Source: Phoronis australis (Eukaryota; Animalia; Phoronida). From it: 64,000 nucleotides of DNA. The notes beneath the pieces are model-generated. The model made no database searches. It saw nothing but the letters and a program-made list of their open reading frames with translations, and was not told the origin of the DNA. The stretch is from NCBI GenBank assembly GCA_002633005.1, contig NMRA01000076.1, positions 248,001 through 312,000 on the forward strand. The letters run 5' to 3'. The position numbers were made by a program, and so were the translations under genes. Within the stretch, counting starts at the first letter, position 1. Each line of letters starts with the position of its first letter. Below are positions 12,401 to 27,400 of this stretch, piece after piece.

Positions 12401-15400
12401 ACTGTGCACCAAGAAAAAAGTAAAATCCATAATTCCAGCACCCGTCCTTCTGAGAATGCTGCACCTACAGGTTGTCGGAGAGATGACCGATTGACATGTT
12501 GTGCCTGTGTAAACGGCTATACTGGAGGTTGGTGTAATTCAGTAAGTTTTAGAAATGATGTCAACATCACCACCTTCAAGCGTAGAGATTGCAATCAAGA
12601 GCGCTTTTACATTAAGTACTTCATCATTTCCCAACTGCCAATTAAGTTGAATGCATTTCACCAGTTGGGATTTCAACAGCTGCAATAGCACACCATACCA
12701 CCTGGGGTTTTACGACTGACTTCTTTGCTTGGGAATTAGGCAAGAGAGACGAATATCACTGATAAGGAATGATTGTTTGCAACATGGTGAGGAGATCTGA
12801 CTTGCGTACTTATTCGAACAACAGGGCTCTTACCTAAATGTTAAGTGCCATGAAAGAGTGAACTTGGTGAATTAGGTAAAGGTATACTAAGCATCAAAAT
12901 TTGGTTGTTGTGAACGCAATGGGGTGTCTTTTGTGGATATGGTTACTTGTAGCTGGTGTTTAAGTTTGACAGGCAGGAATTTAGCCCCTAACACTTCTTG
13001 GACCCTATCGAACATTCTTTTTATCCCAGTGAAGCAGGCAACAATCTGACATTTTTATGAAACTCATTACACAAACTTGTGCAATATTTAACTTCATACC
13101 ATCAGAGCAAATTTTGCCGTCTTTGATCGTTGCATTGTGACTACTTTGTGTTCCAACCTTTGCTTCGGGAATGAACTCTCGATTGGCCGAGTCTGACATC
13201 TTCACTTCCAGCTCTGAAAACAAATTTGAAATTATCTAAGTGAACTTTTAGACACAGAATGCATATGGCCTTTACTCAACACATTACGCCGTTCTCCCAT
13301 TGACCCCAACTTGTTAAATCGGATGGCAAACAAACAAGTTCGGCAGTTGACCGGCGTAGAGACTATCTTACACAACTGATTAATTCCATTCTGGTACTTA
13401 TGGTTGTAGGGCCAGCTCCAGTTCCTATATGCTACCATTTTCGCATGCAGTTACACTGATTTCTCCAAATATGAAGATGTGCAGGTGTTTATGCTCACAA
13501 TGAGAGTGAGGTTGCTGGAGCTCATAAAAGCAGATGAAGAATTTTTATTTTGATATTTTCTGATGGAGAAATTTCTAATTTAATTTTAAAGATTTACAAA
13601 AATTCTTCATCCGGATTCCTGAAATTTGACTTCATTTTTCATAACCTTCACACCCCTTGATAGGGCCTATCCTATGTGCGTAAAGACGGCAACATAGGCC
13701 ACTTGCATGGCGTGAATTTTGAACCTAAGGAAGAAAAGCAAACGTTTTGTGGAGTATGGAAATGCAGCTGAAGTCTGTGCAAACTTTAGGAATTAGGATA
13801 CTGAGTGTTTCAGGAGCTAATAAATAAGCCGGTGAGTTCTACTTCACAAATTAAATTTTCACAAGCATTTAAGCTTGGACATTCAGCACAAAAAAAATCA
13901 CAGATCCAAAAACAAAATGGCCGAATTCGACTGCCCTACTCATATAGGACCGAATGTGTGGTTTTTAAAGGAATGGGCCGCTGGGATCTGTTCCTCAGTA
14001 ATGCCTACCTTTTTCGGTAAAGTCCAGAACTAGTGATCTTAAAATGCCACATAGTTAAACTCTTGAACTTTCAAATCGAGCGGGAGGAGAGGCTTTTCTT
14101 TATTCAACAAACCAGCTCAACAGTACCTTGACTTCTTAGAGAGTTAATAATGCTTCTTGGAGCCCACTCCCAACTAAGGTAATGCCGATAAAACGGTTAT
14201 TGAAAAGCCGAGAAAACATGACCTTGGTCACCATCATTTATTCATTGTTGCTGTTGTATTAACAGAGATGTGATGTGGAAAGTAGTTCTGCTTGGTTTCA
14301 GTAATCCTTTGAAGCTTGGAAGAAAATTAGCCTGCACGTTGCCATAAAAGACAAAAGACGGTGCTGGGCAATTAACAAAGGAGCACGATGCATGACTGGC
14401 CTAGTACAGGTGAAAATTCAAGCCAAAACTTCTTTGTGAGCTGAAGCGCAAGTTTCAATTACCCCATTCCCTCCCAACACAACAAAGAGCCATCTAGCTA
14501 CGCAGCCAACAGGCATCTATAGTTTTATGACTATGACGTGTCATAAAGGATTACATATCAGGTAACCAAGCAGACCAATGGATTCAATGAGCTATTCGGG
14601 TGTTCGCATTAGCAACTCTAGCCGTCAGAGGATCATCATCCCATGTCGTGAACACATCCACTAAAACAAGAAACTGTAGGAACACCGCATTTATCCACCT
14701 TCACTCTTATCAGGCTTCTATTGTGAGTCAGCATGCGTGAATAATTGGCTGATAAGCCACCTCTGGAACTACTTTGGGCTGAATGGATGACCAGGCCATA
14801 AAATGATAATTAGCCAAGACCAGTTACTATAATGCAACAAAGAACAAGTAATAATGTCTTGCATCACCTAGCCTTGGTGGAAAGCTGTATACTGTATTGG
14901 CTCAAACAAACGCTTAGAAAAATTCATTTCACGGGGAGGGGACGCTTATTGTAGTGAGCCTACGGCAGTTGAAACCCGGTTTCCCAAACGGGTAAAATCG
15001 GAAGCTAGGATTCATCAAATTTACGCTCTGTGACGTATTTGTAGCCTATGACAGCCTTTCTACAAAATTGTGGTGCATTGCTATCAACTTCCGTTGTTAA
15101 ATTACGATAATTTTTCAAAAAATTGTGCTCATCACAGGGCGAAAACTTGCCGACTGATGCGTCGCTGAATCGCGATCGTCAATAGGAAAACTTGTACTCT
15201 TGAATAAAAATATAGTTTCGACTCAACAAATTACCTGAAATCTTCCTGATGTTTTACAATTTTTAAAGTTCCTGTGGAGTCCAGATTAATTGCGATTAAG
15301 TCCAAATGTGCGCTACATCGTACTCCACAACACGAGAAAAATCTCTGGATGAACACACATGTTGTTGTCACGTGACGTTTGTTTTGAAGGTCGTCTGCGT

Positions 15401-18400
15401 ATGAGAGTGAGTGAGCGTGCGTGTGCGGGTCATCGACGATAGACTTTTTTGTTACAAAAGGCGGAGGATTATGCAAGAAAATGGCGTTTACTAGATTGTT
15501 TTTCACTTAAACGGCTGTAACGTGCAAGGTGAGTGCGCTCGCAGAGTCACATCTCGGAAGTTTCCGGTTTGACGGATGACAAAGAACGATCTCAATGAAA
15601 TTACACAAAGTCGTTTTAGAGCTTGTAATAGCTATACAAAACGTATTTTGAGTATTAAAATGCATTTTTTCCAAAACCTAAATAACACACGGAGTAGTTC
15701 TACATTTATACAATCCTAACTTGGGTCCTATATTTTTGTATTCGTGCGCGCCGAATGAAAGTAATCGTGAGTGTTTCTGTGTTGCAAAATCTCTTATCCT
15801 GGGCCGATTTGAAAAATTCAAAGTTGTATTCGTATTTGTTTTCGCTCCTCTTTTCAAATATTACAGTAAAAACTACGTAAAATTCTCTCCATAAAAAGTA
15901 CAGTTGTTAGGCTAGACTGTAATCAGCTGATCATATCCGCATGAGCGAAGTCAATTATCCTCGCTCGTGACTCGATGAATAGAGCAGCTTGGCGGCATCC
16001 CTTTGACCATGAGCCGAGCGCGTCTCAGCCAAGGTGGATAAATACGGTCTACTTCAATTTTCCATACCCCGCCGTTTACCTTAAACACCGGGGTTAGAAC
16101 CAATTTTATTTAGTGGGAATGTTCATAGCATGCCACGGTCCTGTTTTTTCCTGAACTGGGTTCCTCGTGGTCACTGAACGGGAGAACGCCCTAATGGAAT
16201 GTTGAATGGAAGACACGACAATTAAGAAACTTTGATCACATGGTTCGTGCACGGAACAATCCAGAATCATCATTGGGTCTAAACTCCGAACTCAGACTCA
16301 ACTCGGACTAGAAATTTCAGAGGCGGCAAAAGCCACGGCAGAAACAAGACCACTGTAAGCATCAGGTAAAGGCGCACGGTGTCCTTATTCCTACAATACT
16401 CACCAACCCACTTTACAGATTTAGGCATATCGCCCCAACCCAACCGGACTTGGTCTTGTTCTTCTTGCGTTAAAATCTTTTCTCCAAGGTTAGGGTCTTT
16501 CTTTGTTCCTGGCATGTCTACAGCCACTGCACTCACATTGGGCGGCCGTGTATTTAACTGAAATTATGAAGCTCAGTTACCGTGCAAGGAAGTTCCTGAC
16601 TGGGGGTAAACTAGGGTGATGACCTATCTCTTCACTGACCACCATTTTCCTGTCGTATGCCAGTAAGTTCCAGAGCATACTCAGGGAAACACTCGCCTTT
16701 TACTACCGTGATTTTGTGTTTGTCTTGCGTTATCTTGCTTTTCGATGAGATTTCTGTGTTTATGGAGCACACCGGTTCCTGGCACAAGCTGCGAGCTACA
16801 TAGGGGTATCAAAGGATTCAGTCCATCATTTTCTAGGCATTTTACGTATCTCGTATTGGTTATGTATTGCCATTACTTGACCTTTATAGTAATGATCAAG
16901 GCAAAGGTGTCACAATTTCACGAAATATAATGCCAAAATAAGGCTGACGTGTTACTTAGCCGTCTTTCACTGCTCATACACAGGAAGTTTATTGACCTAC
17001 TTGAGCTTGAAGTGCTATACCTGGCAGATATTGATCGTAAGTGAAACTTAGGTCAGCTATCGCCTACCGACCAACCTCATCTATAGTGCTTGGAGATTCA
17101 CACTGATTTTGAACCTAGCATAATTAATCTTCATGACACGTGTTTCATCCCCAGCTTATAACCGAATACTGTATTCGACTTAATAACTGCCCAGGGCGCT
17201 TAGAAAAGTTCGTTTCAGGGGGGCGCTTATTATAACCCAAGGGCGTTGAAACCCGGTCTCCGAAACGGGTGAAATCAGAAGCTAAGATTCATCATATTTA
17301 CGCTCTGTGACGTATCTGTAATCTATGAAAGACTTTCTACAAAACCGTGGTGCATTGCTATCAAAACTTGGCTGCTAAATTTCGATCATTTTACAGAAAA
17401 TTGTGCTGAAATCCCAGGGCGAAAACTCGCTGACTGACTGCCTCGCAATCGTTGACATGGCGACTTGAATGCTTGAATAAAAATACAGTTTCGACTCAAG
17501 CAAATTACCTGAAATCCTCTTTAAGTTTTCCAAGAAGCGTCCCTAAGATTTTTAAGTTCCCGTGGAGTTGAGATCACGGCAGGTTTAAGTACAAACCTAT
17601 GCTACATCGTGCCATCTACATGTATGATCGGCAACATGAGAAAAATGTCTGGACGAACACACATGTTGTTGTCACGTGACGTTTGTTTTGAAGTTCGTCT
17701 GCATTTGTAAGCGAGCATGTGCATGTCACCAGAGTTTATTTGCCTCTTCTGATGATGGTGTTTGAATGAATGATACCGAAACATGTCAAATCGACTTAAA
17801 ACCATTGTTATTTTCTTTAATAGATACATGCGTACCTCAAAATCCAACTGCTGCCTGGTGGTTTGGTAATTGGCCCAATTATGTTGTACACCCAGCAGAA
17901 TTAATGAGGAGCATATTATTGAGACATTAAACAAACATTTTAGGCTGTAAAAGTCACATTTCTTGTCCAATTTTTAAAATTTAAAAACCTAATCACGTGC
18001 GCTTTTACGAACTATTCAAATATGCTATTTACAATCTTCCAAAATGAAAATCTAAAAATACTATTGTCGCACCCAATGTGTTTATGATGGGTCTCATTAT
18101 CTAGAGAACGATAACATCCAGCAGCCTTAAGCGATTTAATTAACCACAACAGCATTGGTTCTTTCATCTGATTTGACAGAATCTTAAAAAACGTTCATGA
18201 ATTTGGTCCCAACCTCCCAATTCCAAATGGAGGAGGAAGGACAGTAAACTCACGTCAAGAGTTGAGGCAGAAGAAAAACAGAAAGGACAAAAATAAGTAG
18301 AGGTACGAATTCAAGTTTCGAAAAACCGGGCACAGGGGAACACCGTCTCTATAACAAGTACCCTCTCATAGAAATAGTGTACTCACTGTTAAAATGCATG

Positions 18401-21400
18401 ATCTAACACTGCTCAGTCCAGCCACATTGGTTGCACGTAGTGCCACATAGTAGTCACCGTCGGAGACGTTGTCAAACTTGAGAACACCTTTGTTACCCAG
18501 ACCAATGCTGGTGTAGTTGACAATGGCCTCCTTAAGACTTGCTGACTTGAACAGTCCAAGTTCCTGATCAGCCATTAAGCTTTCCATCTCGATCACGTCC
18601 CACATTGCACCCATGGTATTTGAAGTGCCTTAAAAATAGAATTAGAATAAATTTGTGGGATTTTGCACTCATCTGATTGTTATTTGAGGCTACACTATGA
18701 ATACATAGTACAAACGTACAGCAGTTTTCATATAAATAAAATAGTCAACATCAAAATTTAACAAGATTAGTCATCCAAAGCCACAACAAAGTAGAAGTTT
18801 CTTCTCAAGTATAACTGGACCAGGTTTCAATTCAATTCAACAAAATCTCAACAAGTAGTGGGGTACCCTAACACATTCAAAATCCAGGTCAACACAATTA
18901 ACAGCTGCATGGGTGATCAGGAAAATGGTAACATCATACCAAATAATCATGCGGTACAAAATAGCATTTTCAAAGACTGAATCCATTAATATCATAAAAT
19001 GATCAAAATTTCACCAAATAAAAATTTGTAGTTTTAAAGTGGCTGTTTATTACAAATCACACTTCTAATGAAATACTTATAGCCATTTTTCTCGGCATTT
19101 CCTTCCATTGGAAAACTTGGCAAAAATTCCCCATCAGCCATTTTGAGTGCTGAACTGTAAAGTATTTACCGCAGTATGGAACATTAAATTCTATGACATA
19201 TTCTATGTGGTAGACTAACTTGGATTGCAAATTGTGTCTTAGGTGGCGAGCAAAGGAGTAAATATGCCTTCAACACACTGAACTTACTAGAATACGCAGT
19301 CGGCTGATCCATTGAAAACCCAGGATCTAAGCACGACATTTTCTTTATGATAGGGGGCGTTATATCCACTGTGATGCCGTTGGTGGTGGCGTTGACTTGG
19401 AGACCAGATCGACTCTCAACTTTCACAATCACAAAATAAACAGAAGGCTGATAAACTACATTATTATCCGACATCGTCTTATTTGCTCCGGCGGAGAGAT
19501 TCAAACCAGTCAATCTCAGCGTGATAGGAGTGAAGTCGTTCTTGTCTGCATCCGTACAGTTGGGGTTACAGTTAAAGTCGCATTCGCTATAACAGCCGAT
19601 ACAAGTCTCGTTAATGAGAGTAAAGTTAACAATATTAGCCGTTGCATTCCTCTCGTTGCTGTCACTGACGCCCACATAAACTTTGCCGATGTGACTTTCA
19701 AAATCATAGAAAGGCTTTCCATAGTGGCACGGCCGAGTCGGAGGGAGTGGTACGGACATTCTGCTCACAAGAGTTGACGTTTCATAGATGTTGAAGGGGT
19801 CGATTCTCCGAGGCACATACTTGTCTTTCATCCAAGTATGGACGACAGGGTGAGCTTTCTTGGGAGGACGAACACCTGGGAGAAAAGAAATTGTCAATAC
19901 CAGGCAGCACAACCACGGATTCCAAAATTTTGATGTTAACCAAATTAGCTGTCATGACGGAAACATGGTATTTTGTCTGATTAATTTTGTCTAATTGTAC
20001 TATAGCAAACAACCTCTTGTTAATAATATACTACTAGATTATGCAAACGGGTGCGCATGCACAAGCACACATAGGACATGAGAGTCATTTACAACGATTA
20101 ATAGGCTCATTTCAGCACTTTTTTGCAATGCCTGAAACTGTTCTGGTAGTAACTCTACATTTTAACAGTTTCACCAGAGAAAATGGCAACAATCATGGAA
20201 TTACAAATTTCACTGACTAGCAGTCAGTCTGTCACCCTAGTGACTGTAACCGTGATAGTAGACAGCCTGGAGGAGAATTCACCAGCTAGACCTTGCAGAT
20301 TATGGCACCTTTGTAATATGAACGACATCAAGCCAGACATGTTGCTACATGCAGTGGCATATGTTATACTGAGAGAAGCTTCACTCACCCGTAAGAGTAA
20401 TGGATTCTTCACCATTCTCATACAAGGTCATTCTCCAATCTTTACCCTTGGGGTCATCAGGGTCAGGATAAACATGTATCATGTACGTGACCTCTGACTT
20501 GGTGGGGTCGTTGATCAGCTTGGCCCACTCGTGCTTTGATTCCTCGATATCTCTTGACCACATTTTCGCAAACCAAACTTTTGTCTTATTACCACGCTGG
20601 AAACCTTGAACAGAAATTCCGAGTTATTAAAGTATGCCAACATAAGAAATGATGCTAACTCCACTGTGAAGTGGTACTATCTTTAATCTCCATGCATCCA
20701 GGTCACAGACAGACTGTATTGGGTTCGAAGCACCAAATATGCCCTAGTTATTTTCATCTCACCATTATACCATCTAGTCAGACATTGTAATACTTTTTCC
20801 AAGACATACAAACATGAAGATGTTATGGTCACAGCATCATGCGGCATTTCGACTAACCGCGCGAAGCAGAGAATGTGCAATCCAAACTATACAGACTAAT
20901 CTCAAAAGTCATTCAAGAAATGCAATTATAGAAAAATTGAAAATGAAGATAAGCTAGACAGCAGACAAATGTGATTACTATGCTTGTGTTATCAGACAAG
21001 GTTTTCAGCACTAAACGTGACAAATATTATGTTCTGCGAGATGACGGAAACACCAGCGTACACTCAGAAACACCAGCGTACACTCAGAAACACCAGCGTA
21101 CACTCAGAAACACCAGCGTATACTCAGAAACACCAGCGTACACTCAGAAAGCAACTGACTGCCATAACACCTGATGAGCAGAGCTTACCAAAGAAAGTAA
21201 GACCAAATCCACCCTTGTAGTTGATAGTAACTTTTCGTGGGTCTTTGGTGGTGGAGATGACCGGTGCTGAGGTTGTCGTCACACCAACTTTGGTGGCATT
21301 GCCTGAACCGTTCCCAGAAACTGATGTTGTCACGACAACTGTGGTTGTTGTCGTTGGTGCCATGGTAGTCGTGGTGGTGGTCACAGCCTCGGTTGAACTG

Positions 21401-24400
21401 CTGCAATTGCCTTCGCATGGCTTGACCTAAGGTGACAATAATATCTGCCCTTTACTTCTCAATCTGGACAACAGTCAGATTTAAAGACTGTCAATCATTT
21501 ACATGTGTTCCAATACAATAGCAGACTGACTAAAGTGTAGTGCCCGGTTGCATGAAACAATCACAAATGGGTCTCAACTATGTTCTTTCACAGATTATAG
21601 ACAATAGATTCGCACCTCGACATTTTCTTGCAAAATAGCCTAGAGGAGGCGCCACCCTCTAAACATAGCAAACTCAGCTTCTGGTTAGTGTGTTGTGACG
21701 GGAAATTCTTCCATCTATTTTACTGTCTAGTACAACGAAAAAAATAATTTCGGCATTGAAACACTGTTCAAGGTCTTCCAACAGTAGAGTGCAGAAATTT
21801 TGAGTGGCACCGGCGTGCATTCGAGCTTAAAATGAAACGTCCCCATGGAGTATGTAAACTGCTGTTGAAGTGCAACATTGGTTTTTGAGCAGGCCTGTTG
21901 GTTATTTCTGGAGTATTAATATGAGCTCTATTTAAGAAGTCAGTTTATTTAAACACGAATCTGAGTTAGGCAAAATCACCGATCCAAATCCCGACGAAAT
22001 GACCATGATTAGCAGACGACATACTCGCCAGAAGTAAAGCACGGTATGTCTGCCAGGTGTCGGTAATGAATAATGACATCACGGTTTATGCGTAACATCA
22101 CAGATTTCATCCATTGAAAATATACGGAGTTGGCGATCCATGCACTATAGTCTATGGTTCTTTAAACTTTCAGGACATTTTGAGACTTTGTTTAATACTT
22201 AAATTAAAAATTTGTCTTCATTATGAGCTTCTTTTTTATTATTACATTTTCCAATAATACAATGTATAATTATATGAAAATTGGTCGTTTATTAAATAAG
22301 GACAGAATTCTCAAATTTAATAGGCACGTTGCATGAAAAGTACACTGTTTACTTTCAATAATACTGAGAATTTAGCAAAAGAGATTAACATCACTGTTAA
22401 AGCTAAAACATGATGTAAGAATGCTCTGCCTGACAAAATAACATGGACAAAGTTGCAAATGTCCACAAAAGCACTGACGGTTTAGAGAATACAGTTGAGT
22501 GACCCTAAATGGGGCTGTTTCATGCGACTGGTCACTATGTACTTCGAAACATAGGCACGGTGAACAAGAGATGGCGAAAATTTCTAATTGCAACACGATG
22601 AACTGAAAACGATTTAACAGGTGAACTTAATATGTTGGTCCTACCAATACATAACTTTACAGGTCATCGCAATTAAATTGGCTACTTTCCGTAGATGCAG
22701 GATGATCCCGAGAAAAGCTATACCCTGTGATCACGCAGCCGCCCGATATCTCGCCACGCCATGCACAGTCTTGCGTTATCGCGAGTCTCTTACATCTACA
22801 GAATGCAGCAATGCTGACACATAACACCATGAATGCTGACACATGACACCATGAATGCTGACACATGACACCATGAATGCTGACACATGACACCATGAAT
22901 GCTGACACATGACACCATGAATGCTGACACATGACACCATGAATGCTGACACATAACACCATGAGAAAGAAAAGCTAAGACGTAAGTGACACTTACTGTG
23001 GCCACAGTTGGTGGTCTTGTGGGAGGTACGTAAGGGGCACCCTGGGCTAGAATTTCAGCCGCACTCTTCTGATCTTCGACTCTTGGTGCCACACCCACAT
23101 CAGGCTCGTCGAGAACAACCTCCGTCATGGCGAAAGTTGTCATCACCTTGTCACCAGCAGCAATCTGCATGGTGATGCTGTACTTGCCCTCAATGATTGT
23201 TTCTGCCTCTCCATAGATGCCTGAAATTGAATGACCATGTCTTCTGAACACGAACAGATGACTGACAAAATTGGCATTAAAATTCTCTATTTTTCAAAGA
23301 CTTATTACACTGCTGAGAAATCCACAAAATTTCAACAAATAAAAGAAAGTTTATTTTTCTGCCTCACACCCTTTTGTGGGGCTGAGTCCAATTAAGTGGG
23401 CCTTTTGTGGGGAAGAAATGGAAATAGGGGTCTATTGGACTCACAAAGGTCCCGTAAAACTTCCTGAAAAAGTACCGGCTGCGGGCACCTTGTCCATGAG
23501 TGACCCCAGGGAGAAATCTTTCAGTGTAATAACATAGCTGAAATATATCAACTGAAAATTAAGTGCTCAAATGTGTCCTGAACTGATCAACTAATAAATA
23601 TCTTCTTAATGTGTATTCCACTGACAGTGCTAGCATATGACAGTTTTTCATCATGGCAGTAAAAACACAAAGATTAATCTAAACCTATAACAGCAAGTCC
23701 TTGCGATTGCGATAACACAACTTTGAGGCGCCACCAGGGAGTGAACAGCAAACAGCAATTCAAAGGTGTCAGTAATTTCCTAGCGCTAAGTTTCCTACAG
23801 TAACATGGCCCCCGAATTGCATTCTTTATCAACAAAAATGAAGACATAAATTACGTGATGCTATTATCATATACTGAAATTTTGAATTTTGCAAACCACA
23901 TACAAACAATCACTCTTAGTTTCTATTACCATTCCAACTAATGATCATAATTTTTGTCATAAATTTTTTGAAACATGAAAACCATTGACCATACTCATCT
24001 GGGTTGCCATTCCAGAGTGCTTATCTTGGGAATTTAAAACATCAGTGACAGGAGACCATTAAGTTATAAGCACCAAGCAAAATTTTTTGAGAATTCAAGA
24101 ATTAGTGCTTTAATAGCCGAATGATCGTTTCGCTCGTTTAAATGCGTTTGCCATAATTTTGGCACACAAGTACCATCATATTAAAAGCAAACGATTAAAC
24201 CCAAAGCTAAATGAGTTGTGTTCATTTTAGGGACGAGTTAAATTCTTGTGAGGCAGTCGTTCACCAACTAAGATATTCCCACGTGCTTTTAAGGAAATCC
24301 TAGTTGTATTTGAATGTGTTGTGGACACTACGTCGAGCAACACTTTTTGTTAGTGAAAATTGAAAATTTCTTGTTTGGGCTTTGAGCGGAAACTGGGAAT

Positions 24401-27400
24401 TAACCACGTTTTCCCAATTTGTGAACGACTAGTAGATAGATTCATACCAGCACACTTCATGTAGTCCTTCTTCGCATGTTGCTGGCACTTAAGAACCTTC
24501 GACCCCGGTTTTCCAGCAGCAGGGACAGCGTTGTCAGCAACATATAAGGAGGTTAGAGTTCTTGGATCACCGTCCACCAAGTACTTTTCATATCCAGTGA
24601 GAGGTGTCCAGGATGAGATGTTCACGTCTCTAGTGTCGGGACACTTGAGCTGCAACGACAACACTAGGTCAGGGTGGAAACAAAGGAACAACTGGTTTCC
24701 TCTGGCCAACATAACTGAGAACACCCAGAAGTTTGTCATAGGATGATATCTCCACAGCCAGTGGAGTTTCTCCTTTGCATCATCTCCCCTGCTGCTGCAC
24801 CCATGAAAGATGGAGAAAATTTAAATAAAAGACAACACTGGTACCAATCTTAAACCGTATAAAGCAGAGAGAAGACGGGGTCTTGATGATACACCAAACA
24901 GAATGTACAATAGGTTTGGGAGGAGAAAATGAATTACTCCCGCGGCTAGATTAACTACAAGATTCGTGTTCATGCGATTTGCAATGTCGTAATAGTGAGG
25001 GGAATTTCTGGCAAGAGACTGTTCCCTCATCAATTTTTGAGTGGGTTTATACTAAAGTACAACTAAAATAGCACAAAGCAATATCAGTATTTTAGTTGTC
25101 CCTCTACTGGCTTAAGGGCTTCCATGAAAACTGCAACAGGTGAATTTCAAAAGCTCTCTTTCAGATATTAGTAAGGTTTAATTTTGTTTCATTAGGTCAA
25201 TGCCTACAATGCTCATTTCCTATCATTTCTCCAGTTATTCACTTACTTTCAGTGTTAAAACCCTGTGCAGCCTCATCTTTGAAAACCATTATTCTAGTTC
25301 ATGTTTTGTAATGGAGTCCCTTGATTTGGTCCTTTACTAAGGCAATTGAGTTAATTGACGTCAAAACACGTTCACCCTCTGCCATAAATTGACCAATGTG
25401 ATGAATGAACAAAGGCCTCTTACCCCTGGCCGTGTGAGTCCTTTGAAGTAAGCGGTATGGCTACAAAAGTGCTAGCGATACCGCCAGTAGTTTTGGAGTC
25501 ACTGAAACTTCCTGCAAACTCCCAGCAAAGTGACCCTTGCGATCATTCACATTGCTCGCATTTTTACTGGAAGTGAAAGTTCTAGTAAAAATGCCAGCGT
25601 TTTATATAAGCCAACATGTGAACTGAGTGCAGGAGAAGTTTCAACACTACTAACTCAATACATAAGTCTGATATGTGTGAATTTGTCTTGATCGAATTAG
25701 CACTGCATTCAGCTTGACTGAATTAACACAGTGTGATTACTTAGTTAATCAATGTCTATTCCCGCAAGTCAAAATCAAAACGACATAATATCCATCTATT
25801 GTATGTGGCAGTTAACGTTAAGAACACTTCATACAACGTTCCTAACTGAAACACAACCTGCACTGTTAGCTAAACTGACCTGTTCTTTGTAATTAGCAAT
25901 CGCCATGGTGACCACTAGCTCATTAACTGACGAGGTGTAGGTAATGTCCTTGTACCAATTGTCTCCATCCACAATACTGCCAACAACTGAAAATGGAGCA
26001 GGGTATCAATTCTAATCAAAATGAAGGTGATGTTTTGTAAGTGTTTCCCCAGAAGGTATTCACTTGCATTCATATAGTGTTCTTCATATTGACAATCACA
26101 TTGCCAGTCAGAATAGAAATTGACAGAAAACTACAAAATTAAGTAAACCAACCGTGCAATTTTCAAATGCCGTGGTGGGTTTCCTTTACATAAAGGGCAC
26201 TGTCAATAAACCCACTGACTGTAACACTAAAAGTAAACCTGCTTCAGAAACCTAGCATCCATCACCAAATATTGTGCCATTTAAGAATTCTAGCCAATCA
26301 CGAAGAAACAAAACCCTTACCTGGAGGGATGTCGTCCAAGAACCCTGGGTAGCTTGCCAAGAACTGGGATGTCGTTCTTGCTTTGTTAGTTGCCGTCATC
26401 AGCACGTAGTGAACACTGTTGAGTTGTAAGTCAACTGGCATGAACACCAGGCTCGAGTCGTTGGCTGCAGCCCTTGCAGGTTCAAACAGAGGCACCAAGT
26501 TGGTCCCATTAAGAGCTTTATTTGAGCACCTGTCACGAGTTAAGTAGACATTGTAATAGTCAATACCAGATTCAGCATCAACCCAGTCCTTCCACTTGAC
26601 GTGTAGGTTTTCTTTAGTCGAGAAGAAAACTGCATCATTGTAGACATTCCCGATGTCCAATGAGCCCATGACTGGTTTTGTCAGGTCAATCAGTACGGGC
26701 TCTCCAACTTCAGTGTAGCAGTGGTCCGCCTCGTTGATGGCTTTCACAATGGGGTAGTAATATGTGTTGTGCTGTAGTGACAGGTTTGTCAGAGTGACCA
26801 TGGTGTCTGTTTTGACGTCTGTCCAGTTAAGTACATCAAATGACATGTCATTGATGATGTCATGTGACATGTCAGCGTAGTTCCTGCATCCTGTCATAGA
26901 GGTCACTCGGGCAGCTACATCCTTGGTTGCTAAGGCAACTTGGTAGTTTATGATGGCAAAGGTTTCACCAAACTGTTCCCATGCTACAGGAAGCGTCACA
27001 TTACGTGACCAGTACTTGTCTACCTTAATGCCACCTGGTCCGATGTCGTATTCATAACCGACAGCGATACCGTTGGAGTAACCATCAGAGAATGAACCAC
27101 TCACGGCAAAGGCACGGACGGCACAGTAGTAAACGACATCAATTTTGGTAAGATTCAGATCTATAAAAGTATAACTAAGGTTTGTGCCAACATCAACATA
27201 CCAATGGATATTGGTTCTGGTGACCTCTGTTGAACGGTCATTGCCCAAGCCAACTATATAGTGAGAGATCACCTTAGAGGGATCCATAGATCCAGGCTCA
27301 CCAAACTCGTCCCAGTTGCACTCCAAGTACGTGTACGGCTTGTAGAAGTTGAGATCTCTGTCTCTGTAAGGCCCATCACGAACTTCTCCAGGTTGGGGAG

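Noticed and set aside
12300-12402. Candidate extra exon with AG and GT signals
   Set aside because: Stops in the frames tested; exons 39 and 40 already join in phase.
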